Source: Candidatus Saccharimonadia bacterium (GTDB lineage Bacteria; Patescibacteriota; Saccharimonadia; UBA4664). From it: 64,000 bases of DNA. The stretch is taken from NCBI GenBank assembly GCA_036488585.1, contig DASXHH010000004.1, forward strand, positions 65,254-129,253, written 5' to 3'. Each line of letters starts with the position of its first letter. The first letter of the stretch is position 1. A model generated the notes under the pieces. It searched no databases, was not told the origin of the DNA, and worked only from the letters and a program-made list of their open reading frames with translations. The position numbers and the translations under genes are program-made. Shown in pieces: positions 17,627-25,798 of this stretch.

Positions 17627-19048
17627 TTAATCGACGATTTTAATCTGGACGCGGTCGGTACCGCCGACGAGCCCGGGCTGGTGGCCGGAAGCCAGCACCA
17701 CGGCATCGCCGGGCGTAAGGTTACCGGCGGATTTGAGTTGGCGGATTACACGGTCGGAGGCACCCTTCATGTCGTCCACCAAGAACGACTTGCCGCCCCA
17801 CACGATGGCCATCTGGTAGTAAACGCGCTCGCTGTCGGTGACCATAACAACTGGCATGCTGGGCCGGAGAGCGGCGATGTTGCGGGCGGTCTGTCCGGAG
17901 CTGGTCTCAGCCACAATCACCTTGGCAGGCAACTGGCTGGCCAACACCACGGCGGCAGCGGAGATGGCGTTTTGACGCTCACCACGCTCACCGAACGACA
18001 CCTGGCGGTCTGGCAGCTTGGATAGCTCCTCGCGCTCTGTATAGAGGATGACCCGTTTCATCATCTTAACGGCTTCCACGGGGAACAGGCCCACGGTGGT
18101 TTCTCCGGATAGCATAACGGCGTCGGCGCCTTCGAGTACAGCGGTGGCGACATCCGAGACCTCGGCGCGTGTGGGCTGGGCCGACTGAATCATACTCTCA
18201 AGCATCTGAGTGGCCACGATTACCGGCTTGCGATGATGCTTGCCGAGCTCAATCATGCGGCGCTGGACGGCCGGGACCGACTCGGGCTTGGTTTCGATAG
18301 CCAGGTCGCCGCGAGCCACCATCACCACATCGGTGACGGCAAAGATTTCTTCGAGGTTTTCGACGGCAGAGGCGGTCTCGATCTTGGCAATAATCTTGGC
18401 GTCACTCTTGTGTTTGGCTAGAATCTTGCGCAAGTTGTGGATGTCCTGGGCGGTCTGCACAAACGAGTAGCCGATGTAGTCGACGCCACTCTTGCAGGCG
18501 AACTCGATGTCAGCCAGGTCCTTCTCCGTGAGGATATCGCCACCGAGGTCGGTGTCGGGCAGGTTCATACCCTGATTGGAGTAGACCAACCCTGGAGCGA
18601 GCACCTTGCCGGTGATGAGTTTCTTCTCAATCTTCTCGACCTCAATTTGTACCTGACCGTCGCGCAGGAAAACCCGCTCCCCTTTTTTGAGGTATTTGGA
18701 AACGTCGTGCTGGACCGGAATGACGCCAGTGGCCTCGTAATCGGCGCCATACTCGAAGTGCACCACAGTGTCACGCACAAATGGTAGACCGTCGGGCGGC
18801 AGGGTACCGACGCGGATCTTGGGTCCCTGGATATCGGCTAGCACCGCCATAGGCTTTTCGTGCTTGGCCGACAGCTTGCGCGCCATCTTTAACACCTCGC
18901 CATGCTCCTCGTGGGTACCATGAGCAAAGTTGAGACGGTACATGTTTACGCCGGCAAGTAGCAGCTCCTCCAGAACTTGAGGAGAATTGGTGGCCGGTCC
19001 GATGGTAGCGACGATTTTGGTGCGTTTAAATGATGCGGCAAGCATAAG
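17627..19048 (-). CDS. pyk: pyruvate kinase
   Basis: KIVATIGPA, NFSHG-like NFAHG and MVARGDL motifs. Start chosen at the internal Met (MLAASFKRTKIVATIGP). Confidence 0.85.
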   Translation of the reverse strand, partial: LMLAASFKRTKIVATIGPATNSPQVLEELLLAGVNMYRLNFAHGTHEEHGEVLKMARKLSAKHEKPMAVLADIQGPKIRVGTLPPDGLPFVRDTVVHFEYGADYEATGVIPVQHDVSKYLKKGERVFLRDGQVQIEVEKIEKKLITGKVLAPGLVYSNQGMNLPDTDLGGDILTEKDLADIEFACKSGVDYIGYSFVQTAQDIHNLRKILAKHKSDAKIIAKIETASAVENLEEIFAVTDVVMVARGDLAIETKPESVPAVQRRMIELGKHHRKPVIVATQMLESMIQSAQPTRAEVSDVATAVLEGADAVMLSGETTVGLFPVEAVKMMKRVILYTEREELSKLPDRQVSFGERGERQNAISAAAVVLASQLPAKVIVAETSSGQTARNIAALRPSMPVVMVTDSERVYYQMAIVWGGKSFLVDDMKGASDRVIRQLKSAGNLTPGDAVVLASGHQPGLVGGTDRVQIKIVD

Positions 19049-19149
19049 AGTCTTCCAGATTTTAACAACACTCACCATACTCCAACTCTGCCGCGTACGC
19101 CAGCGTTTTATATCTAGCACTAACAAAACTGACAGTGCTGCAGAAGGCT

Positions 19150-20133
19150 TTAGTGGCTAATGCCTACGTTTATAGACGAAGAGGAGGAGTTGGTGATGTT
19201 GCCGGGCGTAACGGTACCGGACAAGGTGTTGCCATTAATGGTGATGCTGCCCGAGGTGGCCGACTGGGTAGAGTTACTGGTAATGGAGACGCTGGTGCTC
19301 GACGACGAATCCGATGAGAAGCTGCTGGTGCAGCGGACAATGTTGGTGGAGCCGGGACCGGTGTCGGTGATGCTGATGTTGGTCGGGCAGGGACTGGCGC
19401 TGGGTGACGGCGTGGGGCTGGGCGAGCCGCTCGGTGACGGCGTGGGTGACGGGCTGGTGGTAGAGACGGCCGTGAAGGTGTTGCCGGTGAGGCTAGCGGT
19501 GGATGTGAGCTGGGCGAGGGTGGAGCCGGTGGCCAGTGCGACCATTCCCACTGCCAAGACTAATACACCGGCGCGAATGTAGACGCCATCGAGGCGGCGC
19601 AGGCGGCGGATCTGACCGGCAGCTGCGGGCACAGAGCGCAGCAACGCGCGCAGATGCCGCAGCTCGGACAAAATTACCACTAGACCGGGAATAATGATAA
19701 GTAATACGAGCACCGCCGGATTGTGGAACAGGCCGAGCGCGCGGCCGAGCCCGGGCACTACGGTGGCCACGCGACCCACCACCAGACCAGCCGGCACTGG
19801 CTGGTCATTAACCTTATTGGCGTCGCCCTTGGTGGTGACGGTGGGGGTGCCATGTAGCCGGCCGGTGGCCACGATGCGGTGCGTGATGGTGACGCCGTGG
19901 TGGTGCGGGTCTTGGTAGGTCACCACTTGGCCAGGACGCAGGCTAGCAGCCGGCACCCGGTGCACCAGTACCAGCGCGCCCGGTGCGATGGCCGGTTTCA
20001 TGCTGGGCGTGAGTACATTGAGGGCCCGCCAGCCCAGTATGGGCGTGGTGAACATTATCACCAGGGCGCCGCATACCAGGTAGGCGGAGAGGCCAAGCCA
20101 TTTCCAGTTAAGTTGTGAGAGCCGGTGTTTCAT
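19150..20133 (-). CDS. SipW-like (S26B, archaeal/eukaryotic-type) signal peptidase I with C-terminal TM + cognate-motif + S/T/P-rich extension
   Basis: N-terminal TM, catalytic-Ser box LTPSMKP (cf. SGSMEP) and TKGDAN box. Then a second TM and ...TGSTLAQLTSTASLTGNTFTA..., followed by an SPSPTPSP linker and a Cys-containing tail. Confidence 0.75.
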   Translation of the reverse strand: MKHRLSQLNWKWLGLSAYLVCGALVIMFTTPILGWRALNVLTPSMKPAIAPGALVLVHRVPAASLRPGQVVTYQDPHHHGVTITHRIVATGRLHGTPTVTTKGDANKVNDQPVPAGLVVGRVATVVPGLGRALGLFHNPAVLVLLIIIPGLVVILSELRHLRALLRSVPAAAGQIRRLRRLDGVYIRAGVLVLAVGMVALATGSTLAQLTSTASLTGNTFTAVSTTSPSPTPSPSGSPSPTPSPSASPCPTNISITDTGPGSTNIVRCTSSFSSDSSSSTSVSITSNSTQSATSGSITINGNTLSGTVTPGNITNSSSSSINVGISH

Positions 20134-20156
20134 GACCTTCCTCTATTACAATTAGC

Positions 20157-20780
20157 TTACGGTGTTGAACTCGGACTTGGGCTAACGCTGGGACTGATGC
20201 TTGGGCTGGGCGTAACAGTACCGGTGGTGGTGCCGGTGAAGTCGAGGCCGAAGCTGGCATTTGCGACCGTGGCGGTGGATAATGCGCTGCTATCGAGCGT
20301 AACCCAGACATCGTATTCCGTGCCGGAAGTGGACGGCGTGTTGGTGAGAGTGACGCCGCTGCCGGAGCTGAGATCGGCCAAGGAGGCGGAGTTGTCGGTG
20401 TTAGTACCGGTCTTCTCGATGTGGATTATGACCTTAGAGTCATCGAGGTTGGGTGCCGACACGTCAGCGGCGGTCTCGTTGACGGTCACAGTGGCGTCGG
20501 TGGCGTTCTTGAGCCAGAAATGCTGGTGAGCGGCAGATGTTCCGCCCTCAGTGAGCGATCCGAAGTTGAAGCCCTGAGTGCTGGTGACAAAGGTACCGGG
20601 CGTACCGGAGTTGTCGGGCGCGATCAGGATTCCCCCGCTTCCCACCGAAAAAGTGTTGCCGGTGAGCGACGCAGTGCCAACCGTCGCGGCAAAAGTGGCG
20701 CCGATGACCATGGCGCTGGTGCCGCCGATAATGGCCAGGCTGCGCGCTATTTCTAGTGAACGTTTACTTAAATGTGATTT
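20157..20780 (-). CDS. TasA/camelysin-like secreted protein with SipW-cognate class signal peptide (copy 1)
   Basis: N-terminus ...IARSLAIIGGTSAMVIGATFAATVGTASLTGNTFSVGSG matches the TasA-type pattern (LVGGGTWAAFND...ATFASG). Beta-rich body and PS-rich C-terminal tail. SD GGGGGTG 8 nt upstream. Confidence 0.6.
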   Translation of the reverse strand, partial: KSHLSKRSLEIARSLAIIGGTSAMVIGATFAATVGTASLTGNTFSVGSGGILIAPDNSGTPGTFVTSTQGFNFGSLTEGGTSAAHQHFWLKNATDATVTVNETAADVSAPNLDDSKVIIHIEKTGTNTDNSASLADLSSGSGVTLTNTPSTSGTEYDVWVTLDSSALSTATVANASFGLDFTGTTTGTVTPSPSISPSVSPSPSSTP

Positions 20781-20940
20781 CATTCATACACCCCCTTACG
20801 CTTGAGTAAAATCAACATAAGGTATCTTCGTCCGGCGGACCGGACCGAGCCACGTGCATAGTTCCGAAAGTGGACAGCTCGCTCCACCGGTGGAGACAAA
20901 AGCAGCTTGGCAAGCTCGGCTAATGGCGGCCTGCAGGCGC

Positions 20941-21954
20941 TTACTGAATTGTAGTCGTGGTCGTGTTCGAATTAGTGGCGTCGCCGCTCGACGCGCCGTT
21001 ATCGGAATTGTTAGGGGTGGTAACGTCGCCGGTGGTGGCCTGTTGGTTGGACTGGTTTACGACGGTGACGTTGGTTGAATTGTTAATGCTTACGTGGGAG
21101 TGACTATTCGAATTTACGTACGCCACACACTGGCCCTGATTCTTGAATCGCGGCGAGCCGTCGGGGTCCTTAAACTGCTGCCAGCCCCCATTTTTGCAAT
21201 CGTCAGCCGAAGTGGGCGCCGCCAGGACGGTAATAATGCCCTGTGATTTGACCGAATTGGTGGTAGTGAGAGCGTAGGTATAACCAACCGGTAGGACTGC
21301 CACGAGTATCAGCAGGGCCAAGGTACGGGGACCCATGCCATCCAAGCGGCGGGTGGAGCGGCGAGTCGGCTGGGTTTCGGTAGGCGCGAGTGTGGGCGGG
21401 CCGGCCGGAGGCTCCTGGTCAGGAGGGTCGGATTTGGATCCAGACAGGCCGGTAGGTTTGCGGGCAAGCGACCGGCGCAGCGTTTGGATTTCGCCCCAGA
21501 TCACGAGTAGGCCCGGAATAATGATGAGAGCCAGCAGTCCGAGCGGGCTGTGCAAAATGTTGGCCAATTTCCCAACCATGGGCAGGTGCAGAACCTCTCG
21601 CCCGACGATCCGGCCACCGGCAAATGGCAGATCCGCCACCGAGTTGGCGTCGCCCTTGGTGACCACCATGGGCAGGCCGTCCTTCACCGGCAGCGCCACC
21701 ACACGGTGAGTAATGGTTTGCTGCGGGTGGACGGGATCGGTGTAGGTGACGACATCGCCAGGATGTATATCGCGCAATGGCACGCGATGAATAATTACGA
21801 GGTCGCCCGGCTGAATCCCCGGCCTCATGCTGCCGGTTAGCACATCGAGGGCTTTCCAGCCGCCAATTGGCAACACTGAAGCTACTATCACAACCGCACA
21901 GGCGGCGTAAACGAGCAGGGCGAGCCATTTGGCGATGGAGGCAGCAGATTTCAT
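20941..21954 (-). CDS. SipW-like signal peptidase I, paralog 2, with long C-terminal extension
   Basis: LDVLTGSMRPGIQPGDLVI and TKGDANSV boxes, paralogous to 19150-20133. Followed by a second TM, a Pro-rich linker, a third TM and an Asn/Thr/Ser-rich tail with 2 Cys. Confidence 0.75.
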   Translation of the reverse strand: MKSAASIAKWLALLVYAACAVVIVASVLPIGGWKALDVLTGSMRPGIQPGDLVIIHRVPLRDIHPGDVVTYTDPVHPQQTITHRVVALPVKDGLPMVVTKGDANSVADLPFAGGRIVGREVLHLPMVGKLANILHSPLGLLALIIIPGLLVIWGEIQTLRRSLARKPTGLSGSKSDPPDQEPPAGPPTLAPTETQPTRRSTRRLDGMGPRTLALLILVAVLPVGYTYALTTTNSVKSQGIITVLAAPTSADDCKNGGWQQFKDPDGSPRFKNQGQCVAYVNSNSHSHVSINNSTNVTVVNQSNQQATTGDVTTPNNSDNGASSGDATNSNTTTTTIQ

Positions 21955-21978
21955 TGCGGGCGACCTAAGAGTTATTGA

Positions 21979-22536
21979 TTAGTGGCTAACGGTACCATCG
22001 CTAGTGCCGGTGAGTTGAAGCGTGAAGTCGTTCAGCGCGTTAAGCACGGGCGTAGAGGCATCGGCGGTAACCCAGGCCTCGAGGTCATTAGAAGTACTAC
22101 CGGTGTTAGCGAGGGCTCCCAGACCGGCGAGGCTCGAGTCGGAGCTGCCGCCGAGGGCGCTAAACGGAATGCTTACTGTATTACCATTAAGCATGAAGTT
22201 CATGGTTAGATGAGACTCTTCTGCACTCACGTTGGTGTTCCATGTGGTGATTTTGGCCGATAGTTTGACGCTATTGGCCGGCTCGGTTGTCTCCAAGTAA
22301 ATGTGAGTGTGGGCAACCGATGGGCTACCCGGTGCAGTACTGAATACAAAACCACTGGCGGAAGGGCCGTAGTTTACATGGTCGCTGGAAATCGACAGGT
22401 TATCGGAAACGGCTACTGCACCGGTGGCCGTCACCGCGTTGGTAGTGGTGGCTGCGAATGTAGCCCCGACGATTAGGGCGCTAGTGCCGCCAATGACAGC
22501 CACGGCGCGCGCGATTGCAAACGTTCGTACGTTCAT
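21979..22536 (-). CDS. TasA/camelysin-like secreted protein with SipW-cognate class signal peptide (copy 2)
   Basis: Start at MNVRTFAIARAVAVIGGTSALIVGATFAAT..., nearly identical in its signal region to copy 1. SD GTGAGGT upstream. The 81-codon track extension upstream of that Met looks non-coding. Confidence 0.6.
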   Translation of the reverse strand: MNVRTFAIARAVAVIGGTSALIVGATFAATTTNAVTATGAVAVSDNLSISSDHVNYGPSASGFVFSTAPGSPSVAHTHIYLETTEPANSVKLSAKITTWNTNVSAEESHLTMNFMLNGNTVSIPFSALGGSSDSSLAGLGALANTGSTSNDLEAWVTADASTPVLNALNDFTLQLTGTSDGTVSH

Positions 22537-22639
22537 AGAAACCTCACAGTTTAATGCTGTTACCATGGTAAATCGCATTAGGGATTGGCACAATAATGTT
22601 TTTACTAAGCCAAAAGTTAAGAATTTGTTAAGAACGAAT

Positions 22640-23245
22640 GAGGCGTTAAAAATGAAACCGTCCGGCTGCACGAATGGCAACCGGACGAGGGGTGGCGCGA
22701 AGCCACGATGTGGTAGAACCACGGGGTCCGAGAGTTTTCTCGGGCACTTGGACCCCGTGGATTTTGTGAACCGAAGCATTCCTTGTCACTCTGCATCGGC
22801 GCCCCTAGTGTGGGGCTAGTTTATCACGCGCCATCAGTGAATCACCCGTGTTGATCCAAAGATGGTCCTCATGCTTCTGCATGGCATGAGGCTCTCGAGG
22901 AATAATATCCTGGAGGCGTGGTCCTGCTGGCCTTCCGAGACCTTGTTCCGGGTTCCATGACAAGCTGGAACGATCCGGGGTCTTGGCAGCAGGCGGCGCG
23001 AACCTTATCGGTAATCGCTGGCGCAACGGGAGGCACTTTCGCAGCGTCTGTCTAACTTCGCAGTACAGACTCGTCGCGAACTTCACGACGATTGCGATCC
23101 CGTGTGCCGGTGCAAGCGGTCGGATTTGATGGCTATGCGCCTCGCACCGATCGCTGAGGTCCCGGATATTTCCGTGGTGTGGGCCAATGATGGGCCCCGC
23201 GGATAGGTGGCCGGGTACCTCGACTATAAATCCGCCCCTAACTAA
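22640..23245 (-). ncRNA. candidate structured non-coding RNA (possible rnpB/RNase P RNA plus 3' hairpins), ending at an intrinsic terminator
   Basis: ~600 bp with no credible ORF and multiple perfect hairpins. On the minus strand GGAAAUAUCCGGGACCUC (23156-23173) resembles the RNase P P4 5' strand GGAAAGUCCGGGCUCC. GGAACCCGGAAC (22946-22958) resembles the P4 3' strand ACAGAACCCGGCUUA. A GAAAGUGCC motif is also present. The 3' end is the hairpin GUCCGG...CCGGAC followed by UUUCAUUUUU (22645-22672). Confidence 0.3.
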
Positions 23246-23295
23246 GAAGCGAACGCGCATATGTTAACACAGTGAATAACTTATGTCAACCCTTT

Positions 23296-23841
23296 TTAGA
23301 GACCGAGAGCACCGAGCGCACTAGTAACAGGACTGAGGACGTGTTTAACGAGGTTGGGTACGGGATTTTCAAGCTTAACGTTAACTTGAGGGGTGGCCGT
23401 GGGGGTATGGGCCAGCAGAGTGGGAGCGGGAGTGGTTTCGGCGGCCAAAACCCCGGTGGTGGGAACAGGCGTGGCGGACGGGCTGGCTGGCGTGCGGGTC
23501 GCTGCGACGGCAACCCTTGTGGCAGCTGGCGCGGACGGGGTGGCGCGGGTCGTGGCTGGATGCGAAGGCTTAATTTCCGAGCTCACGGCCTTAATGCCAC
23601 CGGCCGCCACGGCCAGAGTGACCACAGCGATCGCCACCGAGCGGGCCCAGGGCGGCAAGATGTTACGCATAAACCATTTACGGTGGCGAAAGCTGGCTTG
23701 CACCCGCTGAAGATCAGGACCGGTCAGCACCGTGGCGAGCTGGTCCTTGGGCACCCTTAGCTTGGTGCCGTCCTGAAAAACGAGCAGCACCTCTCCGTCG
23801 CCTTCGATCGAGAAATTCGCCAACTGCTTCATAGATACCAT
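23296..23841 (-). CDS. hypothetical membrane-anchored protein
   Basis: 181 aa with a soluble N-terminus, one TM (SVAIAVVTLAVAAGGI), and a Pro/Thr/Ala-rich extracytoplasmic tail. Confidence 0.5.
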   Translation of the reverse strand: MVSMKQLANFSIEGDGEVLLVFQDGTKLRVPKDQLATVLTGPDLQRVQASFRHRKWFMRNILPPWARSVAIAVVTLAVAAGGIKAVSSEIKPSHPATTRATPSAPAATRVAVAATRTPASPSATPVPTTGVLAAETTPAPTLLAHTPTATPQVNVKLENPVPNLVKHVLSPVTSALGALGL

Positions 23842-23920
23842 TTTAGCAAACGATCATGGCTGTTACTGCTTGAGCAAAGGCCGATTATCTGGTACTATTT
23901 ACCAGTTTCAAAAGCTACGT

Positions 23921-23996
23921 GGCCCCATCGTCTAGAGGTCTAGGACAGCGGGTTTTCAGTCCGTCAACCGGGGTTCGAATCCCCGTGGGGTCACCA
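23921..23996 (+). tRNA. tRNA-Glu (anticodon UUC)
   Basis: 76 nt. Acceptor GGCCCCA/UGGGGUC + A + CCA. D-arm UCGUCUAGAGGUCUAGGAC resembles E. coli tRNA-Glu. Anticodon stem GCGGG/UCCGU with loop UUUUCAG (UUC at 34-36, U33, A37). T-arm CGGGGUUCGAAUCCCCG. Confidence 0.85.
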
Positions 23997-24030
23997 TAAG
24001 CATTTATCAATGTCATTGTAATTATCGTTT

Positions 24031-24073
24031 GAGCTCGCCCGAATCAAGCTTGTGCGCTTGTCTCGGGCGAGCT
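24031..24073. terminator. perfect 12-bp inverted repeat hairpin (GAGCTCGCCCGA ... TCGGGCGAGCTC) between tRNA-Glu and the convergent small gene
   Basis: Seen directly. No clear U-tract on either side, so a terminator function is uncertain. Confidence 0.35.
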
Positions 24074-24117
24074 CTAGAGTGGCGCTGTATGAGCTTGGAG
24101 ACGCTGCTCCGGCCACA

Positions 24118-24420
24118 CTACTGTTCCACGGAACCCCGTACCGCCGGGGCCTCATTGGAATCGGCGGCGTAGCCACCAAATCCTTCATAAGGGTCCACGA
24201 CCAGCTTGGTGAGGGGCATACCGCCTGGTTTCCATGCCGGGGCGGGCACCTCAATTCCAAGTACCTCCCGCACAGAGCGGCGGCCTGCTTCTTCGGCCGC
24301 GACCGTCTCGGGATCATCTGAGTCGAAAATGCCTTCGTGCGGGTTGACCACCAATTCGGAGAGAGGCATTGCACCTTCATCTCGGGACGGCTCGCCGTGA
24401 GTATTCGTCAACTGAATCAT
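24118..24420 (-). CDS. small hypothetical protein with internal duplicated motif
   Basis: 100 aa with two copies of MPL[ST][EK]LVV[ND]P[HY]EG[IF]. Coding status is uncertain. Confidence 0.35.
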   Translation of the reverse strand: MIQLTNTHGEPSRDEGAMPLSELVVNPHEGIFDSDDPETVAAEEAGRRSVREVLGIEVPAPAWKPGGMPLTKLVVDPYEGFGGYAADSNEAPAVRGSVEQ

Positions 24421-24524
24421 CTCCCTTGCTCGCTTGTGTCGCCCACTTATTTAACGATGTTTTTCAAGATAGCACCAGAGGTGCCAGCGTATTACCTCAT
24501 CGTGGATAAGGTTCCAATTCGACT

Positions 24525-25112
24525 CTACCTCAGGAACTTATAGTTGAGGTAAACGAAACTGCTACTGCCTTTACCGTGGACCTGAACTCCCTCATCAAAT
24601 TTTTGTAAGCCAACTAGCTTTAGTTTTTGTTGTACCCCTTCCGGTAGCCAATAATTACCGCTCCCAACGATAATGGGCGCAATAAACTGATGCAGCTCAT
24701 CTACTAAACCGGCCCTTATGGCCTCCGCAGCTAAGTGAGGACCGCCAATACCAATATTCATATCGGATTTTGATTTTATACGACTAATTTCTTCAGCATT
24801 GAATTCGTGCTCAATTTCAGTGTTCTTTGTAGCGGGATTGGATAACGAGGAAGAATAGACGATTTTCTTCGCCGCTCGCCAAATCTTGCCATACTCGTTT
24901 GCAGCTGAGCTTGGCCCGTCTTCTGGCCAGGTTTCCCAAGCTGCCAAGGTTTCATACATATGGCGCCCGAGCAAAAGAATACCTGTGTCTCGCTCTATGT
25001 TATTGATGAATGCATGAACCTCTTCAGTTGGTGCCGCCCATTCGAAATTACCTTCTTTATCGGCTACATATCCGTCTAATGACGTCAGCATTAAATAAGT
25101 AAGTTTTGCCAT
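24525..25112 (-). CDS. dihydrofolate reductase family protein (RibD C-terminal-domain type)
   Basis: MAKLTYLMLTSLDGYVADKEGNFEW... and ...GGPHLAAEAIRAGLVDELHQFIAPIIVGSG, typical of YwjB/YyaP-like DHFR-fold proteins. Lower-GC gene. Confidence 0.75.
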   Translation of the reverse strand: MAKLTYLMLTSLDGYVADKEGNFEWAAPTEEVHAFINNIERDTGILLLGRHMYETLAAWETWPEDGPSSAANEYGKIWRAAKKIVYSSSLSNPATKNTEIEHEFNAEEISRIKSKSDMNIGIGGPHLAAEAIRAGLVDELHQFIAPIIVGSGNYWLPEGVQQKLKLVGLQKFDEGVQVHGKGSSSFVYLNYKFLR

Positions 25113-25119
25113 AATAGTA

Positions 25120-25761
25120 TTAGAGCCTACGCGTTTTCTTCACAAAATATCGAAGGAAAGTAGGCCCCCAAGAAGTCTCTTCGGCTGAAAATTCAATGGG
25201 CGTAAAGCCTGACTTATTGAGCTTCAATTCAAGCTCGTCCTCTTGATAATCTGAGAAGTGCCTGTCGGGCCAGTTGTTCGAAACATTAGGCCGCAGGTCG
25301 TCAAAATCCCCTTTCATTACTGATATAAATGCGACGCCTCCTGCCCTAAGAACTCTATGAAAACCCTCAAGAGTCGTATCGGCATCGGCCTTAGGGATAT
25401 GTAGAAAAGAAGCATTTACCCATAGACCGTCAAAAGATTCATCGGGAAGGTCGAGGTTGCGCATATCGGCAACAAAAAACTTCCCAGAAGGACATGCACG
25501 CCTGGCGACTTCAATAAACTCCTCCGTAATGTCTGTGCCCGTTACATTGAAGCCATGATCTAACAGATATTTTGACTCCCGGCCAGTCGCACAGCCAATG
25601 TCCAATACATCTTTACCGGGCATTATCTCAATAAATCGGTCGAGCAATTGCTGGATCTCAGAACGAAGCTTGGTGTTCTGATCGGCATACTCAGCATGTA
25701 TTTGACTGTACGTTTTCTGGGTCTGTGCAATATGAGAATTTGGATCTTCCTGTTCGGCCAT
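25120..25761 (-). CDS. class I SAM-dependent methyltransferase
   Basis: Motif I VLDIGCATGRES and post-I DGLWVNASFLHIP. Lower-GC gene. Confidence 0.8.
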   Translation of the reverse strand: MAEQEDPNSHIAQTQKTYSQIHAEYADQNTKLRSEIQQLLDRFIEIMPGKDVLDIGCATGRESKYLLDHGFNVTGTDITEEFIEVARRACPSGKFFVADMRNLDLPDESFDGLWVNASFLHIPKADADTTLEGFHRVLRAGGVAFISVMKGDFDDLRPNVSNNWPDRHFSDYQEDELELKLNKSGFTPIEFSAEETSWGPTFLRYFVKKTRRL

Positions 25762-25798
25762 AGAATAAGCATATCTCCACCATGATTCTAATGCATTT

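Noticed and set aside
19049-19126. N-terminal 26-codon extension of the pyruvate kinase ORF (MLVLDIKRWRTRQSWSMVSVVKIWKTL)
   Set aside because: Not kinase-like. A conserved start at MLAASFKRTKIVATIGP fits the family, so the extension is probably untranslated leader.
22880-23245. tmRNA (ssrA) hypothesis for the structured region: the minus-strand 5' end reads GGGGCGGAUUUAUAGUCGAGG, loosely like the tmRNA 5' end
   Set aside because: No matching 3' tRNA-like end (T-arm GGUUCGAAUCC, CCGCCCC-ACCA) and no tag-peptide reading frame ending in ...ALAA-stop could be found. RNase P-like P4 motifs fit better, but that is also unproven.
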